Below, in pieces: positions 1 to 13,252 of a DNA stretch of 64,000 nucleotides. The stretch is taken from assembly GCA_039545335.1 (NCBI GenBank), contig BCIN01000004.1:1168925-1232924 (forward strand). Reading direction: 5' to 3'. The notes below the pieces were generated by a model. It was not told the origin of the DNA. It worked only from the letters and a program-made list of their open reading frames with translations, and ran no database searches. Numbering within the stretch: the stretch's first letter is position 1; every line of letters begins with the position of its first letter. A program made the translations under genes and the position numbers. Origin of the DNA: Kondoa subrosea (taxonomy: Eukaryota).

Positions 1-1594
1 CTTGTCTGGTAGAAGAGTGGATGCAGATCGAGATTGTGTACTCAAGGCTGAAATGGCAAAGAAGAACTTGCACACCAAACGTGGATTGGCTAATGGTGCT
101 CCCGCAAGTGACGGTTCTTCTGTCGGTGTTGGCAACACGACTGGAAACGCTAGCTTACCGCCTAGTGTCATGGCTTTGGGTCAACGCAATCTAGCAGTCG
201 CAGCTGCCGCAGCTCTCAACCCTCAGTTCTTGGCCAATGCTCTCGTGCAACAGACACGCGGTGATGTTGGAGGTCAACGTCAGCAATCGCCTGTGTCCGG
301 TACTTCAGGTGGTCAGCTTGGCGTTGCGGCTTTACTTCGTGAACGCGAACAAGAACCAATGAGCCGAGACTCGAGAAACACAGCTTTCGACGCTTTCCAT
401 TCTGTTCCACCTGCTCAACTCTCGCCTACTTACCTGCAACACAGCCGAACAGCAGAAGGATCAGCAGTTGCTGCCGCTGATCCTCGCTACAATGCTTACA
501 ATGGTCCAAGTCGTCATGAGATGTCACCTGGCTTGCTTGAGCTTTCTTCTTCTGCTTCCATTTCACCTGGAATCTCTTCTGCTTCTGCTTATTATCGCAA
601 CGCGGCTCAGCTCTCCGGTCCCTACGCTCAAATGCAAAGAGATTTGGACGATTCGAACCGTCGGTCTATCATTGGTCATACAGTTGATGGATACACCCAG
701 CACAATTTCGGCAATTACGGTAAAGAGCAAGACTCGTTCGCCAATCGCAACGGTTACTATCCTTCAAGTTCTGCTTCAACTGGTTTGAGCGGTCGATTTA
801 ACACTCTTTCGGTCAATACTGGCATGGGTATGGGATCAAGCATGCGATCTAGCTCTCCTCCTTCCGGTGCAATGAGCCCAAGAGGTGCCAATCCGGCTGA
901 TCAGAATCCACCCATCAACACGCTTTATGTTGGTGGTTTACCAGCTGTGAGTCTATTTTTATACTTGCATTCCTGCAGCTGACAAGAGTATATAGGTCTT
1001 GCCTTCCTTGACTGGACCAATGTCAGCTTCTCACCTCGAAGATAGTCTTCGAGCTGTCTTCTCCCGGTCACCTGGTTTCAAGCGTTTGTGCTTCAGGCAG
1101 AAGTCAAAGTGAGTCGAGTCAAGAGTGAATCTGATGGTCGAATACTTACATCGCCTTTCCAGCGGACCAATGTCGTTCATCGAGTACGAAAATGTGGAAT
1201 ATGCGACTCGAGCATTATCCGACTTATACGGTCACACTTTGGGCGGCTTAGTGAAAGGAGGCATCCGGTTGAGCTACTCCAAGAATCCATTGGTGAGTTC
1301 CCAATTAATCTATCCTGTACTTTCTTTGACATGCAATTACAGGGCGTTCGCTCGAACAGTGTTTCTCAGAATGGCTTCACTAACGGTCCTCTATCACCTG
1401 GCATGAATGGCTATGGCTCTGATCCTTATTCTCTTACACCGACTTCAGCACGTCGACCAACTCTAGATCCGTTCTATCAACCTCAAAGTGCCGGCTTCCG
1501 CTCACTTACGCCTAGAGTGCAATCGCCAACAGCAAGCATGCCTTTCAGTCCCTTCTCTGTCAACCCGATGGACTTTGGCGAGCACAACTATTAG
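1..1594 (+). CDS. Whi3/Scw1-family RRM RNA-binding protein (5' end outside window; spliced)
   Basis: Spliced translation gives NPADQNPPINTLYVGGLP...[56 protein letters not shown], the Whi3/Scw1 C-terminal RRM. Stop TAG at 1592-1594. Confidence 0.85.
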
Positions 1595-2213
1595 GCGACA
1601 CGAATCATCTTACTGCATCCACGCATTTTCGCATGTTCATTGCATTTCTAATCGCACATCAAACATTTTACGCTTTATGTACAACATAATTTTTTTTTCT
1701 TCTCGCCCTTTCATCTTCACATGTGGTCATCACCTTTCTTTCAAATCGGGGCGTCTTCTGTCTTCCACCACAAAGTATCGCCATTGCTGTGCATCGTTGT
1801 CTGCGTCATTCATTGTTCTTTTACTGGCTTGGTCAAGAAGTACTTCATAAAACAAAAACAAAAAACTCTCAAAGCAAGAAGAATTCAAACTTTCAAGATC
1901 CCATTTCTTAAATCCCTGAAACATCTCTATACCAATTACGGTCTGTCTCGCTCTCGCATTGTGTTGTGACAAAGCATTGGTATATGGCCATCAAGAGAAG
2001 AGAAGTAAAAGGAAAGAATTCTATTAATCGTCGTGATCTTGTATGTAAACGGGCAAAGCAAAGCACAAATAAATGGGTCACTGTTTCTTTCTTGTGCATC
2101 ACGGCTTTCATTGTCTTACAGATCGTTGCGTTTGAGCATTTTATACCGACTATGCAGATCGCGTTCATTTTCTCGTGTCAACGAGGACATTACACCTTTC
2201 CAGCACAGGTACC

Positions 2214-4838
2214 ATGGTCGCAGGCCCGGCGCTGAGTGTGTGGCCGAATGATACCGCGACAGAGCAGCAACAGAGCTATCTTCCATCTTTCCTAAGATCT
2301 AGGCAAACAGCAGATAGTCAGCCTCTCGCGCTCCATGAGGCTACTCACATGACTGATCAGACTGGACGCAGAGGATCTACAAACGGCAGCGAGCTATTTC
2401 ATCCCGCATCTGCCTGGCCTGCCGTCCACTTCAACCTTGAAACTGTTCGGAGGTCATATTCCAGTTTCACCAGCTTCGGCATCCCAGACTGCAGATGCAC
2501 ATTTGTTCTTCTTGCTCGCTAGAGCTAGACATATAGCTGCAAGAGAATCTTTAGTCATTTGGTTCAATGGATAAGTTGCATTTGACCGAACTGCTTGCTG
2601 CACTACGCGAGACTAATCTACTGTGCGGTAATTACAGGTCCTGGATGGTGAGCATAGCTGTCTCGTAGTACCGTAGAATTCTGAGATGGCAATTGTAGCT
2701 CAAGTTTCGATGGTGCTATGATGGAGGTTGGACCATTCCGATTACAAGCAGGCGAAGGAACAACTGGACGACCGACGTTAAGAGAAATAGATGGCGCATG
2801 GAATGAGTACTCCAATGTGCTGTTTCGTCAGTCTCTTGTCTCTACTATTTCTCGACCGGGATCGAAGCTGTCTTGTCAGTCGATCAACCGCCGGGAACTG
2901 GATACAGCTACATCAACACCAATAGCTACGTACACGAACTTACTGACGTAAATTCCAAGTTGGTCAAAAGTATGGATCGTTGAGCTAAAAATTGGTTCAG
3001 GCAGCGGAATATGTCGTGGAATTCCTACGCAAATTCTACCTTATCTTTCCCGAATTTGAAGATATGGATGTCTGTCTCCTCTTTGAACGCGCGAAAACAT
3101 GCAGCTGAAATTATAGCTAGACTTACCTCGCAGGGGAATCTTATGCTGGGCAATATATACCCTACACAGCTGATGCGATTCTCAAAACGACTGAAGTAGC
3201 TACACCACTCAAAGGGTGAGTCTCATCAATCTTTCAAACTTGTACCACTGACTTTGTTGATAGTCTGTTGATCGGAAACGGATGGATTGATCCTTGGAAC
3301 CAATACCCAGCTTACTACCCTTACGCAAAAGAGAATGGAGTGCTTATAGAAGGATCAGAGTCCGAAAAGAACGTCAAGAGTCTGCATGAGGCTTGTGTAG
3401 CGGAAATGACTTCTATTGGGAAAGATAAAATTGGTGTGCATGATGGTTCTTGCGAAAGAATCTTGGCTGCCATACTTGAAAGTACTGTTCAAACGTAAGT
3501 AGTGACCGGTCAAAGCCTGTGGGATCCACTGAAAGGCATTATAGGGTGGATGGCAAGAAGTTGTGCTTAAATACATATGATATTCGGTAAGTCGCTGTTG
3601 CTGGAGCTGACGCACGTCTTCATGATAATTTCAGGCTGACGGACGAACATCCTGCTTGTGGCATGAATTGGCCGCCAGATCTGAAGGAAATGTACGAGTA
3701 TCTACCGGTAAGATTACCTTCGTTTGCAGAATATACATACTGATCTCAGCAATAGCGAGACGACATTAAAGCAGCTTTCCATGCGTCTGCAAAAGAAGGA
3801 GGCTGGGTTGAATGCAACGGTCGAGTTGGAGCGAATTTCTACACCGCAAATTCAAGACCAGCAGTGAGCTTGTTGCCTTCTCTACTAGAACAAATACGTG
3901 AGTCTTCAATTGTTCAACTCTCATAGATCCTCATGATACTGGCTAGCGATATTACTGTTCGCCGGCGAACAAGATCTGATATGTAATTGGTTTGGCACCA
4001 AAGCACTAATAGACGACCTAGAATTCAATGGCGAAACGGGATTCGGAGATGCTCCTGAAGAAGAATGGTTCGTGGATGGCGACTTAGCTGGATCATGGCA
4101 AACTGCAAGAAATTTGACGTTGGTCAAAGTAGCAAATGCTTCGCATATGGTAAGCTTTTGATTATTACGATGACAGAGCGCTTCATGATGAGTCATCAGG
4201 TTCCATTCGACGTACCCCTTGTCTCGCATGATATGCTTCTTCGCTTCACTGCAACAGACATGATCAGTGCAGCGGGTCAAGCGGCTAAAGTGCCAAGTCG
4301 GATAGGAGCAGAAACTGAAGCGGTCATTAGCGAAACGCATCCGAACGGTACTGCAATAGAAGATATCGATGGCGCTCTAGCTGGCAACCTCGAAATAGGC
4401 GATCTACCAGCAGTAGCCAAAACCGGGGCTGAACATGTACGAGACACTTACTACAACATCGGATCAGCAGCCATCCTTCTCCTACTGTTTCTTGCTGTTG
4501 CTGGCATCTTCTTCTGCCTACGAGCTCGAGTACGCAAAGATTCAGCAGCTCGCTCTAGTGCAGGCTATTATGAAAGTCGGCCGTCAACGTCTTCTCGGAA
4601 AAGCGGTCGACGATCGCATAAACGAGGCATGTCAAGCGTTTCTTCAACAAAGACAAGAGGGAGCGACGATCATCATGAACTCGCTGAACTCGTCAAAAAT
4701 CAAGACGGAGAGTATGATTTGGAAGAAAGGGGCGCTTACCGCCAACCCAGAAGAGACGAAGAGGTCTTCTCCTTGGGTGATTCTGACGATGAAGCGGATA
4801 GAGAAGGTGATATAGGGAGAGCAGCTGATGACAGGTAA
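2214..4838 (+). CDS. KEX1: Kex1-type serine carboxypeptidase (S10) with C-terminal TM helix and acidic tail; start uncertain
   Basis: Motifs [26 protein letters not shown] (catalytic Ser), [16 protein letters not shown] and NASHMVP; TM segment [17 protein letters not shown]; tail [12 protein letters not shown]. Confidence 0.9.
2571..2635 (+). other. Putative AT-AC intron (U2-like signals) in KEX1
   Basis: AAT GG|ataagt...gactaat...aattac|A GGT CCT GGA restores the conserved NGGPG motif; there is no GT donor at the junction. Confidence 0.75.
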
Positions 4839-5207
4839 ACTCTCTTGTAAGATTTTGGGTTGTATGGGAGTTCAGACGGTCTTGTGAGGCGCTTTTGGCC
4901 AGCTTGCATTTGCAACGGTATGCTAAGAGCTTTCCCTTACGTAATCTGCCTCGCTTGCAGAATCACCAAGTTGCTCGATTTTGGTGAGCAAGAACGAATG
5001 CCCGTCAGCACGAGTCTGAAGCTCTGAATCAGTGCTAAATCACTACATCTCTGCTCAATTTAAGAGGTCTCTTTGTCTAAACAGTTTTGCCTTGCATTGC
5101 TTCAAGTTCTCGAGTGCAACGCATAACGCGGGGTTTCCTGTACGGTGTGATCCTGTCGTTCTGGCACTTCCCTCTACTCTTATTTACTTAGCATCAGCTC
5201 CTTCGCC

Positions 5208-7769
5208 ATGTATACCGCTTCAGTCGCATTCCTAGAAACTCTCAAAGCTGCAGGCGTAGATGTAGTCTTCACAAATCTGGGTTCAGATCACCCGTCCATA
5301 TCAGAGGCTATCGCAATGAGCACAAAGACCTCTTCAGAGTCAGCAATGCCTCGCTTCATTTCGGTCGCGCATGAAAGTCAGTGATCATGCGAAGCTCTGA
5401 GCCAGGCTGATGTGAGACGCCACGCAGTGGTGTAAGCTCTGTGTACCTCGCTTCAGAAGAGCGGACTGATCGCGAAGTAGAGCGCTAGCGGCTGCTCAAG
5501 GATACTATCAAGCAACGTGAGTTCTGCGATGATACGCTCATTGCCTTCTAACGAATTATACAGCGGCAAACTGGCTGCTGTGATCCTGTATGCTGGATTC
5601 GATCATTCTGACGATGTGTCTAATCATTAGTCTAGACATGTTGATTGCGGTCTCATGAATGCTGGCGGAATGATTCACAACCTCTGGCGTGGTCGTTGTC
5701 CTGCAATTGTGAGCCAATGCGATACATTGACGCAACAAGCTGATTAAATTGAAGATCTTTTCTGGTCTTTCGCCCATTACGCAAGAGAACGAGATGCGTG
5801 GATCGCGATCTGAATTCATACAGTAAGTAAACATCTTAAGAGTGTTTGCTCGGTTCAATACACAATCGCAGATGGGTTCAAGGTCAGTCTTTGCTTTATA
5901 GTGGAGCGTACAGTGCTGAAGGTTTTTCTTAGACACGCACGATCAACCAGGCCTTGTACGAGGATACTCGAAGTATTCCTACGAGTTCAGGACCGGAAAG
6001 AATATTGCTCAAGGTCAGGGCGAATTGTATACGCAGGCGATGATGCACTAATACTGAGTACTACATCAGTCACGATGCGAGCTATCCAAATAGCTATGTC
6101 GGAGCCTCGAGGACCAGTATAGTGCGCTGTGATCACGCGAATCACCACACACACGCTCATGTTCAACAGCTTGTTTGGCGCGCGAGAAATTATGGAAGAA
6201 GATCTAGCTGGACCAATTCCGCTCAAACTAGAACACTGGCAGCCAATTGGCGCATCAGCTCTACCGCCTAGTGGAGTCACGCAGATAGCTGACTTGCTCG
6301 TCAAGGCTAAGAGGCCTTTGATCATTTCTTCGTGGTTAGGTCAAAATCCAGCTGCATCAGTGGCTTTGGTCAAATTGGCGGAGAAGCTTTCAATACCTGT
6401 CCTCGATAATGCGCCTTTTGCTCTCAATTTCCCAACACAGCATGATCTGTATGCGGGCAATCATTGGACTGGAATGGGTCAAAACAAGATGCTAGCTGAG
6501 GCGGATGTAGTAATGAGTGCGCTGTCCTTCTGTTTAAGTGACATATCTAAATCATGGGCTCTGTAGTCCTTGACTCTGATGTTCCCTGGATTGCAACCCA
6601 AAACAAGCCGAACGAAGATGCTGTCATCGTCCATATCGATGCTGACCCGCTTAAATCTGCAATGCCTTTATTTTACATACCTGCGTCCTATCGGTACACT
6701 GTGTCGTCTTTGGAAGCAGTCAAGCAACTCGATACGCATATTACAGCAAATCACCTACAACCATACAAAGAGCAGATCTCTACTCGGCTGCAAGAAGCCA
6801 AAGAACGAGCAGCGAAGAGAAAAGAAGCATTAAGCAGTGCTGCTGCTATTCCTCCGAACCTCAACAGTCCTGCGCCAGCTGCTGTCGGCTTAGCTTGCCT
6901 TACGAGATGTCTGCCTGAAAATCGCTTTGTTGTTTGCGAAGCGATAAGCAAGTCAGTCCCTTTCTCTTCTCTCTATCGAAGGACAATCGCTGAGCGATTT
7001 CTAGTTTTGGAATTACTCTCGACCAGATGCAAATGAATGATTCGGCGCGATATGTTACTTCTGGTGCAAGCTCATTAGGTTATTCTGGTGGAGCGGCTGT
7101 GGGAGCAAAATTGGCATTCTCTATTGCTGGGAAAGATCGATTGGGCAAAGATGCGAGCAATACATTCGTTTGCGCAATTTGCGGTACGTTTGGCAAACGT
7201 TTTACTCTACTTCAAACTGAGTAATTACAACAGGCGACGGCACATACATGTTCAGCGTACATTTGATACTTGCTGAATTAGTCAGAAAATAGCTGATCTT
7301 GAATGAACAGGTGCCATCTTCGGTTCATCATTTGAGCTCCAAGATCTCCATGCCTTTTCTCACTGTCATCCTGGTGAATGGTGGCTGGAAATCACCTCGA
7401 CTGAGCACTTTGCTGGTGCATCCTAAAGGTCATGTTGCGAATTCATCAGGCGAAGATCTAGGAGTGACCTTCGGACGTGAGCGAATCCTTCTCCAGCAGT
7501 TTCATTGAGCTGACCCGCGCCGCAGCAAGGGAAACAAGGCCTCAATATGGAAAGATAGCTGTAGCTAGCGCGTAAGTCCGAATTGTCTCGCAGGTTGTTT
7601 TTCTGCTGACGGAGAATCTTTCGACAGAGGAGGTGAAACCAAGTGTTGGAGTGCTGTCGTTCTCTCTGGTGCACCCGAAATGGAGCAAGTCTTCCGAGAA
7701 GCCATTGACGTGGTGCAAAACGGAAGAAGTGCGGTCATTGAGCTTGTTCTCCCTGATCTGGATGCCTAA
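5208..7769 (+). CDS. Thiamine pyrophosphate-dependent enzyme (acetolactate synthase / benzoylformate decarboxylase-like), many short exons
   Basis: MYTASVAFLETLKAAGVDVVFTNLGSDHP, HEMVALAAAQGY (catalytic Glu), HVDCG and the TPP/Mg motif GDGTYMFS...VNGGW; all GT-AG introns stay in frame. Confidence 0.88.
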
Positions 7770-7935
7770 GACTGTAATGTGAAGGAATATCGAATGTCTC
7801 CTGTGAATGAATTATGTCGTTGCGATCCGTCGCTCTTGAGGCCGAAACTCAACTTGAATTCTAAACATTGAAACAAGCCGCCCTTGCTCCCTTGTCGCCA
7901 AGTTGCGTATATACCCTTCGGATGGTGGAGCGCTC

Positions 7936-10694
7936 ATGAATACCACAGAGGATGTGTATGATATCTCTTGGGCGCGAGAAGTCCTGGAAGATGGGAGCAA
8001 TCTCAGAGTTTCGGAAATCAAGCTCAAGCAAGTCTTGCTCAGGCTTATTCAGGTGTTTGATGCATTGGTACGCTTCATGCTAGACGCAGTGGTCGCAATC
8101 CCCGTCTGATGGGCTCCCTTTGCTTGACAGTCCCAGCGATGTACAAGATTGCAAGCATCAGAAGCTGAACTCGCAACTGCAGCAAAGATCGCTCGGTCAA
8201 ATCTGGTCTTAGCTGAAGCCAACGCTGATGCGCTCGAGGAAGCCTTGAAGAGGAAGAATACTTCTTCGCCCAAACCAAACCCTCACTTCCAAGCTGCTAA
8301 TGTACCAATTCGAAGTAACAGCTCCCAAGCTTCTTTCCCTGTCTATCATTCTACAGATCCTAGAAGAACACCTGAATTGATTCAGCAGGGGACTTTTGAT
8401 AATGGTAGTCCGAACGCATCACCTGGAGGAAGTCCTAATCCAGATCCGCAAGGCGAACCGAGAGAACGCAGTCTTTCGTTCTGGAAAAGGAAGAGACCTG
8501 TCATGACTCCTCCTGTACCACCAGTACCTGGTCAAACTCCTTTGCAAATAAATGTATCGCATTTACATGGTTTAACTCGGTCAGAAGATTCAGCTAATCG
8601 AGCTTCTTCTTCCACCCTGTCCTCCAATGGCATGTACCCTTCGCCCATTCCTCGTTCTCCTGCAATGTCTGAACATTCCACTACAACAACGGGAGAGGAC
8701 TCATCAGCTGAAGCAGCTCAACTTCGATCTCAACTGATTCAACTATCTAACCTACATTCTTCTGCTGTCAATCAATTGTCTCACAGTCAGGCTTCTGTGG
8801 CCGATCTAAAAAGGGAATTGGAAACATTAAAAGCGAATCATCAAGCCTTGCTGTCCACTCATACGGAATTGAAGAGTGCTCATGATAATTTACAAACGGA
8901 ATTGGAAACGCTCAGTCAAGCTCTGTTTGAGGAAGCGAACAAGATGGTCAGCGAAGAAAGGAAGATGAAAGCTGGTTTAGAAGCTCAAGTGGAAAGTTTG
9001 AAACAAGAGTTGCTGATCTTGAGAGGTCGAACGGAACGGGAACTGAGGCAAGAGCTAGGCTTAACCAAAAGACCGGTATCAGATCCTGTGGAAGTAGAAG
9101 ATACGGAAGAGGATGATTTACCTGAACCTCCTGCACCTACACGACTTTCGGCTCCTAAACCTCTTGCTATACGCTCAACCGTTACTTCACCTGATATGTT
9201 AGCACCAGAACAAATCGAGAAACCGCTAAGTAGTCCCATCACAGCAGCTGCCAACTGGTTCACTTCCTTTTCGAAACGTAAAACAGCAACGGAATCATCT
9301 ATTCCTGAACCACTTGAGGATTTTTCGGCGCCTTCTTCTGCTACTTCTGAAGTGCCTACTCCAATTCGTGAACTGCAAGAGGAGGAATTGGACAGGATCA
9401 ACAAATCACCTCTGTTCGCTGATGCGGAGAGCAGCGATGATGATTTACCAGGTCAAAACAGATCCAGGCATATTCAAGTTGAGAGTCGTGGGCTTCGAAT
9501 CAGCGAATCTACACCACCCAAACTCTCCAGAACAACGCTTGAATATGCTGAATCCGCTTTGTCTACTTCTCCCGACGCCCAAGTGCGACAATCTCCAGTG
9601 AAGAACAAGCCTTTGCCCTCAATAGGAATACCTGAAGAGCTAACGCCGCTAAGAAGATCTACGAGAACGACTGCATTGGCTACTAGTGATATCGAAACAA
9701 AATCACCTTCACCCATAAAGAATCCCTATAAGTCTAGCTCAAAGATAGACACATCCCCACCTGCAAACAGTCGACGTCCCAGGGGCACGATGTTCCAGGC
9801 ACTACCAAAGCTAGATTCCAGCGATTCGATAGTTTCGCTCAATCGTTTCACTCAACGTATATCACCCCTAATGCCAACTGAACCGCAACCTTTCTCTGCA
9901 GAGACGAACCTGCAACAAGCTGTCTCACCTGAAAGCCCTGTATTTAGAAAAACGAGCAGAAATTCAGACAGTTCAGTAACTACTATCGAATGGGATGATC
10001 CTCCTCCGCCTCCTAGAGGATTCTCTCCAGATCTGGAAAGTACTCCTCGTCCTCTTGTCCAGCACACTCAATCTACTTCAAATGTGCTTTCACCCACGCT
10101 TGGAAAGACTCGATCCACACCTAAAGCGATAGACAGGTTGCGAAGACCAGGTTTAGCTAGTCGAAATAATACGGATCCTACTGCCGCAAAGAACTTTTCA
10201 CGACCTCAGCAACACATCGATCCAAACGATCAATATCATAAACGAATGCAGTCGAACGAATCTACTACTTCCGCAAATTCTTCTCTTTCTATGTCCCGAT
10301 CACTCAGTGCGCCGAATAAGAAGTCTCGGTCTGAACAGCTATCGAGATCCAAGACTCAGCATGTGTCACCTTCGACATCAAACAGTTCCGTCGCTTCAGC
10401 TGATTCTTCTTCATCTGGTCGATCTTTTCTTAGAACTGGATTAGACCCGCCAATCAATGGGGCAGATAAGTTCAGGTCACGCTTCGAAGCGATGTCGATC
10501 AAGCAAGCGAGTGATAGTGAGATAAGGGGCATTAAAAGAGAAGGGTCCAGTAAGTTTGATCTTTTGCTTTGTGTAACTTATGGCTGAAAGCATCAACAGG
10601 TGGCTTGGATGCTCTTCTAGATGATCTGGCAGATGATTTGGGTTTCGAAGATGATTTATTTGCGGAATCAGCATTATATGATGTAGAGAAATAG
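7936..10694 (+). CDS. Sec2-domain (Rab GEF) coiled-coil protein with long Ser/Pro-rich regions
   Basis: LQTELETLSQALFEEANKMVSEER is the Sec2 GEF signature; large central exon (ORF 8149-10587) plus short terminal exons. Confidence 0.78.
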
Positions 10695-10724
10695 GATCAT
10701 TTTGGGGATTTGTACATATGCATT

Positions 10725-12524
10725 TCATTTTAATCCCAGGCTCTGTCTTACGGATCCCGACTTGAACACAGCAACCAACATCAATTGACCGACGACTGGC
10801 GAATGAGGTTAAGCGATCATTAGTTTCCAGTCATTATCAGAGACTAACCATCAATGACAGAAGAGAAGATAGGTAGCGCATGAAGATCGGGATCTAGCTT
10901 GTTTCTCCACAACACCAAGGGTAACAGATACGCCAGTACTAAATCAACAATCGAGAGAAAGATGACCATGACAATGTAGGCGAAGACAAGATTTATGTTT
11001 ACGTCGACCTGCTTCAGTATTATTGCGAATACCAGGCAAATTGCCAGAATAGGAGCAGAAATGAAGAAGAGCATTGTAGCGGTAAATGAGTGTAGCGAGG
11101 TCTTGAAAGTTTGACTGTGCAACGATGTTGAAATTCGACTGATCAGAACTGCGCCGACGTTGCCGCTAACTCCATTAATGACCGACGAAAGGAGACCGAA
11201 ACCGTTGTAAGCTGAAATGTACTCTTCCAGTACTAACCCTGCTCCGCTGCAAGATATTCAGCCTGGATACAGTTGTACTACACCGCAACATACCTTGATA
11301 TGAGCATAGCCAATATAAGGGTGCTCCATCCGGTGAACAGCAAGTTGTGTACATATTCGTTCCGGAATGCAATTACAGCGTTGAAAAATGTAAGAGCCAT
11401 CATGACAACGCAGACCAATGCCGAGAGCCAAATACCTGGGCATCTTTCAGTAAATTACATAACAGAAGACCTAGAACATACTGTCTATTCTCACCAGGAC
11501 TGAGCTGACCAGACCTAGCAGAACCAGAGCTAATAAATCGCCCAAGCTTGCTGCCATGGGAGTTGCGATATTATCCTATTGAGGCAGATCTTGATAGTAT
11601 GAGCTTTCACATTTCAATTGACAGATGCGGTACCAACAGGATTTATCTTCCACTTCCTACTCAATACAATCAAGGCAGATATAAAGGATCCAACTAAAGC
11701 CGAACTTGACGATGCTGCCAGCATACTTGCTGCCAGAACAGTTGCCCAATTTAAATAGTGGTTTCGTTGCTGATCTGTTGGTATTGGTACGGAATTATTC
11801 CTGCATAGACCGAAAAGAAAAGCAATCAAGCCAGCTAAAAGTGATACCAGAACTGCCTGGACTTGAAGTAGCGCAAGATTACCGTAAATGAGTGTTTTCC
11901 GCTTGTGCTGTTTATCGAGATCTCCAATATGAGCAGCAGTAGAAAGTCTCGCGCCAAGGTTCATCTCGATGTTGCCCTTGAGGTTGATGAGTATCGGTAC
12001 CAGGATGAAGAGCTCTGGTACGCGCTCGAAAGCAATCCATGTCTAAACCCATCTTAGCTCGAAATTGGCAAGCAAAAGGGGTTTCCTTCACCTTCAGCCG
12101 AAGGAGAATCTCGCCTGCCAGCCAAGATCCACAAGCTGAAAGAAGCAACATAGGAAAGATCTGCCATAGTATGATGAATGGATCAGGTTGACACGTGATT
12201 ATCACCAACCTCGAAAAGCATCTCCTTTGCAAATTCTACAACACGAAATCAATAATACTCTGTTGGCACTGGACTACATAACAGACCTTTTCGCTGTTTT
12301 CCTCTGCGACTGGCTGTCCATTGGGCGAACAAAGCCCTGGATTCGAGTTGATGCATAGGTGGCATTGGACTAGATGGAACATCTTCGGCTTGGCTCTTTG
12401 CGCCTAACATTACTGCCTTGACATCGCAGACGACAGGTGAGAGAAGTGCTTGGTCCTCTTCGCTTGTCAAGGGGTTGTATGAAGCGTATGAGGAATTGGT
12501 ATCCTCGCGAAAAGCATTTTGCAT
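10725..12524 (-). CDS. SLC41/MgtE-family divalent cation transporter
   Basis: LKGNIEMNLGARLSTAAHIGDL, INPDNIATPMAASLGDL and LDPDLHALPIFSSVID, i.e. two MgtE-type repeats. Confidence 0.88.
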
Positions 12525-13252
12525 AGAGATAGATAGGGTAACGCAAATGAGTGGAAGATTGAGAGAAAGAGAGGATGGATTACAGGAGACTACGGAAGCA
12601 AGGAGGCTTGTGACTACTACCCCAGAGAGAACGAGGCATGTGCTAATAAACATTCGGTGAACACTCGAAACTTGGCGAAGTAGTTCAAGCGCCGCCATTG
12701 CAAAGATGAAATACACGAGCGGCATGCAAGAAATGCATGTGCAGCAACAAGCAAGCAGAAGAAATCGAGATACGGTTTCATATCGTTTCGAAATTTCGTG
12801 ATCGAAACAACCCAGTCGTGCAATTTGAGACGGATTGGAGAAATCTCTAGAAGGCAAGACACCAGCATGGATATCAAAACGCGCTTAGCCAAAATGTCGT
12901 CGTGCAAGAAAGATCGATCTCTTTTTTTCGAAACCCTACATGCTTTGGGTTCATGCATTGCACTTGGATAGACCCGAGACTCTCGTTGAATACACTCCTT
13001 AAGTCGTTATACCTTCTTCCTGAAGGGTCAGTCACAAGAAATGCATTAAACGCATAACAACAAGCGGGATCTTTTAAGTTTAAGACGCGAGTCTTTGCTT
13101 TCTTTGCCAGGCTGTCAGGAGCCCAGGATGTTTTCATTTGAAGCTCTTCCTTCTTCCACTGCTTTCAAACACCATAGCCAAAAGCTGCACTTCTCAGTTG
13201 CTGCATCTTATCGCTTAAGAAGTATTCGGCCAACCTCTGTCAGCACACCAAG

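Noticed and set aside
2571..2635. U12-type (minor spliceosome) intron
   Set aside because: The donor is ATAAGT rather than ATATCC and no TCCTTAAC branch site is present; the signals are U2-like.
4840..5520. TPP riboswitch associated with the TPP-dependent enzyme gene
   Set aside because: No recognisable aptamer core (GCTGAGA...CTGAT...AATGC..GCG.AGG) was seen, and the introns are too short to hold one.
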